Source: an uncultured beta proteobacterium (GTDB taxonomy: Bacteria; Pseudomonadota; Gammaproteobacteria; Burkholderiales; Burkholderiaceae_C). Taken from it: DNA of 64,000 nucleotides. Position numbers and translations under genes: made by a program. Of this stretch, positions 55,895 to 64,000 are shown one piece after another (the stretch's first letter is position 1; every line of letters starts with the position of its first letter). A model generated the notes under the pieces. It saw only the letters and a list, made by a program, of their open reading frames with translations, did no database searches and was not told the origin of the DNA. The DNA lies in assembly GCA_903830985.1 (NCBI GenBank), contig CAIKVZ010000293.1, positions 3,785 to 67,784 on the forward strand, in the 5' to 3' direction.

Positions 55895-57493
55895 TCACGC
55901 CGCCACGTCCTGCACCTCGCCGCGCTCGAACAGCAGGCGCCGGATGTCTTTTTTCACGATCTTGCCGTAGCCCGACTTGGGCAGCGCGTCCCAGAACACC
56001 ACCTGGTGCGGCCAGCGGTAGCGCGCACAGCGCCCTTCCAGGTGCGCCAGCAGCGCGGGGGCATCGACTGGCGGCACGCCCTCGCGGCGCACCACCACGG
56101 CCACGCCGACCTCGCCCCATTTGCGATCCGGCATGCCCAGCACCGCAATCTCGGCCACACCGGGATGCGCGAGCAGCAGTTCCTCGACTTCGCGCGGGTA
56201 CACGTTGGAGCCGCCCGAGATGTACATGTCGGACTCGCGCCCGGTGATGTAGAGCAGCCCGCGCGCGTCCAGGCGACCCAGGTCGCCGGTGTGAAACCAG
56301 CCGCCGCGCAAGGCCTTTTGCGTGGCCTCGGGGTTGCCGTGGTAGCCGGCAAAGACGCCGGGACCGCGGCAACAGATCTCGCCAATGTCGCCGGTCTTGC
56401 AGGGACGCAGATCGGCGTCCAGCACGGCCACTTCCATGCCGGTGCGCGCACGCCCGCAGGAACCGATGTTGGCATTGGAATCAGCGTCGTCGGCCGAGTG
56501 CATGTCGGGTGGCAACACCGTGATGCAGCCCGTGACCTCGCCCAGACCGAAGTACTGCACCAGCACCGGCCCGAGTTTTTGCAGCGCCAGCTTCTGGTCG
56601 GCGCGGTACATGGGCGCACCGGCGTAGATCACGAAGCGCAGCGAACTGTGGTCATAGCGGTCCACGGCCGGGTGTTCGACCAGGATCTTCACGATCGTCG
56701 GCACGGTGAACAGATTGCTCACGCGGTGCTTTTGCACCAGCTGCCAGAACACTTCCGGGTCGAGCTTTTCGCCGGGCAGCAGCACCGTGGCAGCGCCGCG
56801 CGCCACATTGAGCAGTGCATGGACGCCGGCGCCATGCGACAGCGGCGCCACGGCGATGGAGCAGTCGGTCTCGCGCGTTCCCGGAATCAGATCGGCCAGA
56901 TGGTTCGTCACGATGAAGGCCATTTGCCCGTGCGTCAGCACCGCTGCCTTGGGGTGGCCGGTCGTGCCCGAGGTGTAGAAGTACCACAGCGGGTCGTCGC
57001 AGCCCACGGTGGCGTCCGGTACCCGCTCCAGCGGCATCAGCAGCAATTGCTGCTGCACCAGCGCCTCGTAGGAATGCTCGCCGGCGCGCGGGTCGCCGAT
57101 GCAGATCACATGCTGCAACGCCGGCGAGGCCGCACGCACCGCGTCGGCATGGGCGGCAAAAACGTCCTCTACGATCATCGCCACGGCGCCGCTGGAGGCG
57201 CCCATGTAAGCGACCTCAGGCGGTGTCAGACGGAAGTTGGTCGGCACCCAGACGCAGCCCAGACGGAAAGCCGCCCAGCAGCTCTCGAACATCTGCAAAT
57301 TGTTGCGCGACTGGACCAGGATGGCGTCGCCTTGTCTCAGCCCCAGGGCGCGCAGTGCGGCCACCATGGCGTCGACGCGCTGGTCGATCTGTTCCCAGGT
57401 CCACTGCTGCGCACCCTGGATGAGACCAATGCGGTCCGGAAACAGCTGGGCCGTGTGCGTCAGCAGACGGCCCAGGTTCATGACGGATCTCAT
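55895..57493 (-). CDS. AMP-dependent acyl-CoA synthetase/ligase
   Basis: 532-aa ORF with AMP-binding motif FYTSGTTGHPKA and blocks GWFHTGDLG, PKSGYGKI. Confidence 0.9.
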   Translation of the reverse strand: MRSVMNLGRLLTHTAQLFPDRIGLIQGAQQWTWEQIDQRVDAMVAALRALGLRQGDAILVQSRNNLQMFESCWAAFRLGCVWVPTNFRLTPPEVAYMGASSGAVAMIVEDVFAAHADAVRAASPALQHVICIGDPRAGEHSYEALVQQQLLLMPLERVPDATVGCDDPLWYFYTSGTTGHPKAAVLTHGQMAFIVTNHLADLIPGTRETDCSIAVAPLSHGAGVHALLNVARGAATVLLPGEKLDPEVFWQLVQKHRVSNLFTVPTIVKILVEHPAVDRYDHSSLRFVIYAGAPMYRADQKLALQKLGPVLVQYFGLGEVTGCITVLPPDMHSADDADSNANIGSCGRARTGMEVAVLDADLRPCKTGDIGEICCRGPGVFAGYHGNPEATQKALRGGWFHTGDLGRLDARGLLYITGRESDMYISGGSNVYPREVEELLLAHPGVAEIAVLGMPDRKWGEVGVAVVVRREGVPPVDAPALLAHLEGRCARYRWPHQVVFWDALPKSGYGKIVKKDIRRLLFERGEVQDVAA

Positions 57494-58656
57494 ACCGTTT
57501 CAAGCACGCTCAGGTAATTCGCCACGGCGGCGCCGCCCATGTTGAAGACGGCACCGAGGCCGGCGTTGGCCACCTGCATGTCGCCCGCCGTGCCGGACAA
57601 CTGCATGGCGGCCATGACGTGTTGCGACACGCCGGTGGCGCCGATCGGATGGCCGCGAGATTTGAGGCCACCCGAAGGATTCACCGGCAGTTTTCCATCC
57701 TTGCGGCTCACGCCGTCGAGGATCACGCGCGCGCCCTGCCCTTGCGGCGCCAGGCCCATGGCCTCGTACTCGAGCAATTCGGCCACGGTAAAGCAGTCGT
57801 GCGTCTCGACGAAGTGCAGATCGGCCAGCGTGCGCCCGGCGGCTTGCAGACCGCGGCTCCAGGCCAGGGCAGCGCCCTCGAAGCGCGTGGCGTCGCGCCG
57901 GGACAGCGGCAGGAATTCATTCACCTGTGTGCGGGACCTCCAGCGCACGGCCGGCACCTGGGCACCGGCCAAGGGTTCCATCGACAGCACCAGCGCGGCA
58001 GCGCCGTCGGACACGAGCGAGCAGTCGGAGCGTTTCAGCGGACCGGCAACAAAGGGATTCTTGTCGGAGGGGTTACGGCAAAAGTCAAAGCCCAGGTCGC
58101 GCCGCATGTGGGCATAGGGGTTGTGCACGCCGTTGGCGTGATTCTTGGCCGAGATCGCGGCCAGCGCGTCGCTCTGGTCGCCAAAGCGCTCGAAGTATTC
58201 GCTGGCAATCTTGCCGAAGACGCCGGCAAAGCCGCCGGGCGTGTCGCCCTCTTCCTTCACGTAGCTGCAGCGCAGCAGGGTCTCGCCGATCTGCACGTTG
58301 GGCAGGGTGTTCATCTTTTCCATGCCCACCACCAGCGCGCGCTTGACGCGGCCGCTGCCCAGCGCATCGAGTGCCGCCCAGATCGCCGCCGAACCGGTGG
58401 CGCAGGCGTTCTCCATGCGCACCGAAGGCGTGTGGCGAAACTCAGGAATGGCCACGGCCGCCAGCGCGCCGCTGAAATCCTGGCGCACGAAGCCGCCATT
58501 GAAATGGCCGATGAAGATGCCATCGATGTCGGCCGGCTCCAGCCCCGCGCTGGCGATGGCCGGCAGGGCCGCGTCGCGGATCAGTTGCTCGAGCTCGACG
58601 TTGTCGAGCTTGCCGAACGGGGTGTGGCCCCAGCCGATGATGTGTGGTGTGTTCAT
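57490..58656 (-). CDS. Thiolase-fold protein (SCP-x/lipid-transfer type acetyl-CoA acyltransferase-like)
   Basis: 388-aa ORF with nucleophile block ENACATGS and C-terminal blocks VETHDCF, GHPIGATG. ATGA overlap with the ligase gene. Confidence 0.85.
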   Translation of the reverse strand: MNTPHIIGWGHTPFGKLDNVELEQLIRDAALPAIASAGLEPADIDGIFIGHFNGGFVRQDFSGALAAVAIPEFRHTPSVRMENACATGSAAIWAALDALGSGRVKRALVVGMEKMNTLPNVQIGETLLRCSYVKEEGDTPGGFAGVFGKIASEYFERFGDQSDALAAISAKNHANGVHNPYAHMRRDLGFDFCRNPSDKNPFVAGPLKRSDCSLVSDGAAALVLSMEPLAGAQVPAVRWRSRTQVNEFLPLSRRDATRFEGAALAWSRGLQAAGRTLADLHFVETHDCFTVAELLEYEAMGLAPQGQGARVILDGVSRKDGKLPVNPSGGLKSRGHPIGATGVSQHVMAAMQLSGTAGDMQVANAGLGAVFNMGGAAVANYLSVLETV

Positions 58657-58840
58657 GTGACGTGAATGATTTGGGTATCAAGCGGTCCAGCATGTGAACC
58701 AACTTGCCATCTGACCGATTCTTTGAAAAATCGATTCTAGAAGCGCTGGCCACAGGCACTCAGGGCATTTGCTCCCCGCACGAAGATAATGGTCCACCAT
58801 GTGATCAAGCCGATTCGGGTAATCCCCGATTCAAGTCCCG

Positions 58841-59674
58841 ATGAAAATCCCCTCTGCCCCACCACCCAGCACCGCAGCCACGGAAAAAGCCGCCATGGCC
58901 GGTGCCCAGACCCTGCGCCGAGGTCTGTCCGTGCTGCGCCTGCTGACGCGCACGGGGCCCGGCGGCCTGCGCATGAGCGAGATCGGGCGCCGCCTGGAAC
59001 TGAACAAGGCCACGGCGATCCGCCTGACGCGCACCCTGGTGGACGAGGGCTTTGTGCTGCACGACCGCTCCCTGGGACGTTACCGCCTGGGCCCCGAGGC
59101 CTTTGCCGTGGGACTGGCGGCCGAGCCCAGCTACGAGTTGCAGCGACTGGCCGCACCCACGCTGCGCGCGCTCGCCGCCGAGTCGGGCGATACCGTGTTC
59201 TTCGCCGTGCTGCACGGCTATGAGAGCATCTGCCTGTCGCGCGACGAGGGCGACTTTCCGATCCGCAACCAGCTCATCAAGGCCGGCGACCGTCTCCCGC
59301 TGGGCGTGGGCGCGGGCAGCTGCGCCGTGCTGGCGGCCATGCCCGAGCACGAGCAGGAAGACGTGCTGCAGCGCAACGCCCTGTTGCGTGCCGAACGCTA
59401 CCCGCATTGCACGGACGAGGCCATCCGGCGCCTGCTGGCCGACACGCAAGCGCGCGGCTACTGCGTACAACCCGGCCTGGTGATCGCCGACAGTTGGGCC
59501 GTGGGCGTGGTGGTGTTTGACGGCGACGGCAGTCCGGTGGCGTCGATCAGCATTGCGGCCATCAAATCGCGCCTGGGCGCGGCGCGCAGCGCCGCCCTGG
59601 GGAACCGCCTGATGCGCGCCAGCCGTGCCCTGAGCCTGCTGCAAAAGGACTCCAAAACGGACGCTCAGGCATGA
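58841..59674 (+). CDS. IclR-family transcriptional regulator
   Basis: 277-aa ORF with wHTH LRRGLSVLRLLTRTGPGGLRMSEIGRRLELNKATAIRLTRTLV and an effector domain. An alternative start MAGAQT lies at 58895. Confidence 0.85.
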   Translation: MKIPSAPPPSTAATEKAAMAGAQTLRRGLSVLRLLTRTGPGGLRMSEIGRRLELNKATAIRLTRTLVDEGFVLHDRSLGRYRLGPEAFAVGLAAEPSYELQRLAAPTLRALAAESGDTVFFAVLHGYESICLSRDEGDFPIRNQLIKAGDRLPLGVGAGSCAVLAAMPEHEQEDVLQRNALLRAERYPHCTDEAIRRLLADTQARGYCVQPGLVIADSWAVGVVVFDGDGSPVASISIAAIKSRLGAARSAALGNRLMRASRALSLLQKDSKTDAQA

Positions 59675-59736
59675 AGTAGCATCGCGCATTCCCCGATTCC
59701 CGGGACATTCACCGCCTTGCGCAGGAGCAGCCGTCC

Positions 59737-60525
59737 ATGACATCGACCCCTTCATCCACCCCCGTTGCGGTGGTCACCGGCGGCGCACGCGGCATCGGCC
59801 TGGCCATCGCCCACTGGTTCCTTGACCACGGCCACCACGTCGCCTTGATCGACATCGACACGGCCACGCTGGCGCAAACCGAGAAGCAACTGGACGACCC
59901 GCGCGTGCTGGCGCTGAACTACGACGTGTCCAAACCTGGGCAGGTGCAGGTCGCCGTGAACCAGGTCGTGGCACGCTTTGGCCGCATCGACGCGCTGGTG
60001 AACAACGCCGGCGTGGCAGTGTTCAAGCCGATACTGGAAACCAGCTTCGAGGAATGGCGCCATGTGATGGAGACCAATCTGGACGGCGCTTTCCTGTGCA
60101 CCCAGGCCTGTGCGCCAGTGATGCTCAGGACCGGTGGTGGGTCCATCGTCAACATCGCCTCGATTTCCGGGCTGCGCGCCAGCACGCTGCGCGTGGCCTA
60201 CGGCACGAGCAAGGCCGCGCTCATCCATCTGACCAAGCAGCAGGCGGTGGAACTGGGAGACGCCGGCATCCGCGTCAACGCCGTCGCGCCGGGCCCGGTC
60301 GACACCGAAATGGCCAAACTGGTGCACAGCGACATGATCCGCAAGGACTACTTCGACGCCATTCCCCTCAAGCGCTACGGCTCGACCGAAGAGATCGCCA
60401 ACGTCGTCGGCTTCCTGTGCAGCGTCGAGGCCGGTTACGTCAACGGCCAAGTGCTGGCCGTGGACGGCGGCTTTGACGCCAGCGGCGTGGGCCTGCCCAC
60501 GCTGCGCCGCGCTGGCGGCAACTGA
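59737..60525 (+). CDS. Short-chain dehydrogenase/reductase (SDR)
   Basis: 262-aa ORF with VTGGARGIG, NNAG and catalytic YGTSKAA. Confidence 0.9.
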   Translation: MTSTPSSTPVAVVTGGARGIGLAIAHWFLDHGHHVALIDIDTATLAQTEKQLDDPRVLALNYDVSKPGQVQVAVNQVVARFGRIDALVNNAGVAVFKPILETSFEEWRHVMETNLDGAFLCTQACAPVMLRTGGGSIVNIASISGLRASTLRVAYGTSKAALIHLTKQQAVELGDAGIRVNAVAPGPVDTEMAKLVHSDMIRKDYFDAIPLKRYGSTEEIANVVGFLCSVEAGYVNGQVLAVDGGFDASGVGLPTLRRAGGN

Positions 60526-60536
60526 ACGACCGCCGC

Positions 60537-61394
60537 ATGCGCGCCATCCTGCACCCGGGGCTCGTTTCCGCGCAGCGCGTGCAGGTGCTGCCGGCTTACG
60601 CCCGCGTGCTGAGCGTGTTGCTGAAACCCGGGCTTTCGCTGCTGGACGCCGTGACCCAGGCCCTGCCGGCCGGCGCGACCAGTGCCGTACTGCGCCTGCA
60701 CGGTGGCGCCCTCTTCCCGCTGGCCTATGCCATGCCGGCGCTGTCCACCACGCCCGAGCACGCGGTCTACTTCAGCCCGCGCTTGGAGGCCAGCGGCCTT
60801 TGCCAGCTGGAAACAGCGAGCATCACCTATGGCCAGCGCGACGGCCAACCCTGGCTGCACTGCCACGCGGTGTGGACCGAGCCCGGTGGCACGCGCCGCT
60901 GCGGCCATGTGCTGCCGGATCAGGCGATGGTCTGTGCACCGATTGAGGCCAGCGCCTGCCTGCTCGACGGCGCGCAATTCCACGTGGCGCCCGACGGGGA
61001 AACCCATTTCTCGCTGTTCCAACCGGTGGCCATTGCTGCACTCCAGCTCGAAGGTGTGGCCCGTAATTCGCTGGTGGTGCAGTTGCGGCCCAACGTCGAT
61101 GTCTGTAACGCGATCGAGGCCATCTGCCGCGAGCATGGGATCGTCAAGGCGACGATCGCTGGCGGAGTCGGCAGCACCGTGGGCGCGGCATTCGACGACG
61201 GGAGCGTCGTGGAGCCCTTTGTCACCGAAGTGCTGATCCGATCGGGGCGCGTGACGACTGACGACACAGGCCAACTGCGCGCCGACATCGATGTGAGTCT
61301 GGTGGACTACCTTGGCGGCATGGCACAGGGGCGTCTGCTGCGCGGCGCCAACCCGGTGCTCGTCACTTTCGAGCTGCTGCTGGTTCCCGATTGA
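60537..61394 (+). CDS. Conserved hypothetical protein, tentatively a duplicated DUF296/PPC-like domain
   Basis: 285-aa ORF with good GC3 bias, starting 12 nt after the SDR stop. The pattern HCHAVW...G.V.GGH-like is only loosely remembered, so the family call is weak. Confidence 0.55.
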   Translation: MRAILHPGLVSAQRVQVLPAYARVLSVLLKPGLSLLDAVTQALPAGATSAVLRLHGGALFPLAYAMPALSTTPEHAVYFSPRLEASGLCQLETASITYGQRDGQPWLHCHAVWTEPGGTRRCGHVLPDQAMVCAPIEASACLLDGAQFHVAPDGETHFSLFQPVAIAALQLEGVARNSLVVQLRPNVDVCNAIEAICREHGIVKATIAGGVGSTVGAAFDDGSVVEPFVTEVLIRSGRVTTDDTGQLRADIDVSLVDYLGGMAQGRLLRGANPVLVTFELLLVPD

Positions 61395-61422
61395 AGGCGT
61401 CCAGGCAGGCGAACGGCCACTG

Positions 61423-62859
61423 CTACTGTGCACCCTTGCGCATCAGCACCACGCCCACGGTTTCGAACAACACCACCAGGTCCAGAAACAGCGTGTGGTT
61501 CTTCACGTAGTACAGGTCGTACTGCAGTTTTTCCATCGCGTCCTCCACCGAGGCGCCGTACTGGTAGCGCACCTGCGCCCAGCCGGTCACCCCGGGCTTG
61601 ACGCTCTGGCGCACCGCAAAATAGGGAATTTCCCGGGTCAGTTGTTCCACAAAATAAGGTCGCTCTGGTCGCGGCCCGACCAGGCTCATGGAGCCACCCA
61701 GGACGCAGAACAACTGGGGCAATTCGTCGATGCGCAGCTTGCGGATCACCGCGCCAACGCGCGTCACCCGGTCGTCGGTGGCGGAAGCCCAGCGCGGCTT
61801 GCCGTCCTTCTCGGCGTCGGTGCGCATGCTGCGAAACTTCACCACATTGAAAGGGAGCCCGGCCAAGCCGACCCGCTCCTGACGGTACAGGATGGGCCCG
61901 CTGCTTTCCAGTTCGATGAACAAAGCCGTCACCAGCATCACAGGAAAGCTCAGCACGATCAGGATGCTGGCGCACACGATATCGAATACGCGCTTGACTG
62001 CAGCACGCACCACCCCATGACCGAAACCATCGCCAAACACCAACCAACCGGCAGAAACCGAGTCCAGCCGAATCTGCCCCAGGGTCTTTTCGAAGTGCGT
62101 CGCAATATCGAGCACGCTCACCCCATTGAGCTTGCAGTCAAGCAGTTCACGCAGGGGCATGCTGCCGCCACGGCGCTCCGACAAGGCCACCACGATTTCG
62201 TCGATCTGATACTCCGCCACCACTTCGGTCAGGGATTTACCGCGCGCCAACAGCGGATTCCCCGAGGCGTCCAGGACGGTATCGCTTGGGCTGGCGTAAT
62301 AGCCCACCACGTCAACATGGGGATCGGACTGGGTCAGGCTTTGGCCAACCATCCTGGCGCGTGTTCCAGTGCCGAAGATCAGGACACGTTGGCGCATCAT
62401 GTCGCTGGGCGCGTTGTGCAGCGCATGCACGCGATGCATCAACATCAGCGCCAATCCCGCAGCAAACATCACAAGGAACAGCAGACCGTCCAACATTTGG
62501 ATCGGTGAAATGCGAAACAGGAGGTAGGCCAAGGGAATGCTCAGGCACAGCGACAGCGCGGCCCGGGCACGCGTCTGGCTCGGACGGCGGGCATAGGAAC
62601 GCTGGTAAAAGCCCAGGCTGGCATTGATGGCAAATATGCCAACAATCAGCAATATTCCCGTGGTCCAAGCCACGGGGGATTGCAGGCTGGAACTTGCCGA
62701 ATGCAAAAATATGGCGGCCACCAACGCCCCAACCGTCCAGACCAGATCGAGCAGAATCCGAAGAATGGTTTGTTTATGAAAATAATGATCGAATATCTTT
62801 ATCACGGACAAACCCAATACTTCCAGGAAATCATCACCACAGCGAGGCTCAATGCGCAC
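61423..62859 (-). CDS. Polyprenyl-phosphate glycosyl-1-phosphate (priming) sugar transferase, EPS/PEP-CTERM-associated type
   Basis: 478-aa ORF with bacterial sugar transferase blocks KRVFDIVCASILIVL, ILYRQERVG, FRSMR, DELPQLFCVLGGSMSLVGPRPERP, KPGVTGWAQV. An alternative GTG start at 62805 would give MIKIFDHYF. Confidence 0.85.
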   Translation of the reverse strand: MRIEPRCGDDFLEVLGLSVIKIFDHYFHKQTILRILLDLVWTVGALVAAIFLHSASSSLQSPVAWTTGILLIVGIFAINASLGFYQRSYARRPSQTRARAALSLCLSIPLAYLLFRISPIQMLDGLLFLVMFAAGLALMLMHRVHALHNAPSDMMRQRVLIFGTGTRARMVGQSLTQSDPHVDVVGYYASPSDTVLDASGNPLLARGKSLTEVVAEYQIDEIVVALSERRGGSMPLRELLDCKLNGVSVLDIATHFEKTLGQIRLDSVSAGWLVFGDGFGHGVVRAAVKRVFDIVCASILIVLSFPVMLVTALFIELESSGPILYRQERVGLAGLPFNVVKFRSMRTDAEKDGKPRWASATDDRVTRVGAVIRKLRIDELPQLFCVLGGSMSLVGPRPERPYFVEQLTREIPYFAVRQSVKPGVTGWAQVRYQYGASVEDAMEKLQYDLYYVKNHTLFLDLVVLFETVGVVLMRKGAQ

Positions 62860-63167
62860 CCCGCCAACAGACGCGCGTTTATTCAGCCAAACACCTTCTA
62901 ATTCGGGCGATGTTACACGTCAGCCCCGCCCCGGGCAGAACTCGTGGGCATGCAGCCAGCCGAACTGGTGCGCGGCGATCCAAAAAGCCAATGGGTTCAG
63001 GTATTCATGCATTCCCTGCGGCGCCGAGCTTTTTAGCGCGATAAACTCTCGCCCTGACAGCCTTGAGCGGCTGCGCATGTGGGCTTGCGCAGAGAACCCG
63101 CCAGTGTCGCTGCCGTGTGGCGGTGCGGGGATGCACACCAACGTTCGACGTCAATCGGGAATACTTC

Positions 63168-64000
63168 ATGAATATCGTCCAGCCAGATTCGGAACCCACA
63201 GCGGTCGACAACCTGTTCGAGCGATCCTTGATCGACATCGGAATCCCACCCTGCCCGCTCATTCTCAACACCTTCATGGCCGAGGCACGCCGCGACGATA
63301 CCGACTTCCACGACCTGGAGAGCATCCTGCGCAACGACGTCGGGCTATCGGCAGGGCTGATCAAGACCGCCAACTCGCCGTTCTTTGGCCTGCGCCAGCC
63401 GGTTCGCTCGGTGCACAGCGCCCTGTCGATTCTCGGCTTGAAAGCGTCGGCCTGCGCCGTGGCCGGCATCGTGCTGCGCAACGCCTTCCCCAAGGCGCAA
63501 AACCTGGAGCGTTTCTGGGACGGGTCGGCGCGCATCTCGCGCCTTTCGGGCTGGCTGGCACTGCGCCTGGACATCCGGGGACTGCGCGCCGATGACGCGT
63601 ACACCTTCGGCCTGTTTCGCGACTGCGGCATTGCCGTGCTCATCAGCCACGTCCCGGACTATCAGAAGTTGCTTGGCGTCGCCAACGCCGAAACCGAGCG
63701 CAGCTTTGTCGCCGTGGAACAAGCCGCGATTCAGACGAATCACGCTGCAGTTGGCAGTCTGATGGCAAAAAGCTGGTGGCTGCCCGAGGAAATCAGTCTC
63801 GCCATCGCCTCCCATCATGACGCCCAGGCCCTGGGATCAGACGAATCCGCTTTGCCGCCCGCCAGTCGCAGACTGATCGCCACGGCGCAAATTTCGGAAT
63901 ACATCGTGCAGCGGCGCCATCGGCTCAGCCTCACGCAGGAGTGGCCCAAACTGGGCGCACCCTGCCTGAAAGCGCTGGGGCTGCAGGAGCAGGACCTGGA
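63168..64000 (+). CDS. HDOD-domain protein, C-terminus beyond the window
   Basis: Not in the track (no stop in the window). Hand translation from ATG 63168 reads MNIVQPDSEPTAVDNLFERSLIDIGIPPCPLILNTFMAEARRDDTDFHDLESILRNDVGLSAGLIKTANSPFFGLRQPVRSVHSALSILGLKA...HAAVGSLMAKSWWLPEEISLAIASHH. The frame is open to 64000. Confidence 0.75.
   Translation, partial: MNIVQPDSEPTAVDNLFERSLIDIGIPPCPLILNTFMAEARRDDTDFHDLESILRNDVGLSAGLIKTANSPFFGLRQPVRSVHSALSILGLKASACAVAGIVLRNAFPKAQNLERFWDGSARISRLSGWLALRLDIRGLRADDAYTFGLFRDCGIAVLISHVPDYQKLLGVANAETERSFVAVEQAAIQTNHAAVGSLMAKSWWLPEEISLAIASHHDAQALGSDESALPPASRRLIATAQISEYIVQRRHRLSLTQEWPKLGAPCLKALGLQEQDL

Overview
This is a 64-kb, high-GC chromosomal segment; typical 60-nt lines count about 65-70 % G+C by hand. 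The gene content looks betaproteobacterial, Burkholderiales/Comamonadaceae-like: a Bug/TctC binding protein, TRAP and RND transporters, and the order pcm-like, rhodanese, tolC, waaA, waaC. I cannot name the organism. No searches were run; every family call rests on motifs read in the supplied translations or in my own hand translations. About 55 protein-coding genes are supportable. They include a four-gene two-component cluster (1-5223), housekeeping genes (pmbA, darP/yjgA, mogA, cysE, a SpoU-type methyltransferase, suhB, msrA, argE, waaA, waaC, a phosphomannomutase), and a REC-PAS-GGDEF-EAL protein. There is also a MacB-type ABC operon with a DUF3299 protein, a TetR-MFP-RND efflux operon followed by tolC, Ada/AlkA plus Ogt, a chemoreceptor, and a TRAP/acyl-CoA ligase/thiolase-like/IclR/SDR catabolic block. 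The right edge holds the start of an exopolysaccharide-type locus (priming sugar transferase, HDOD protein). I saw no rRNA, tRNA, CRISPR array, transposase or integrase. Two non-coding palindromic repeat elements sit at about 41110-41395 and 46028-46421. The most unusual content is a tightly packed seven-gene operon (17677-26663). All of its products carry export signals: three caspase-fold (peptidase C14) proteins with intact His-Cys dyads, a CHASE2 membrane receptor with no recognisable output domain, an OmpA-like peptidoglycan anchor, a lipoprotein and a small secreted protein. One of the caspase-fold proteins also carries an SH3-like domain, a canonical EF-hand loop and a DUF4384-like tail. 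I know of no characterised system with this composition. Many long ORFs in the track are antisense shadow ORFs typical of high-GC DNA and were rejected.
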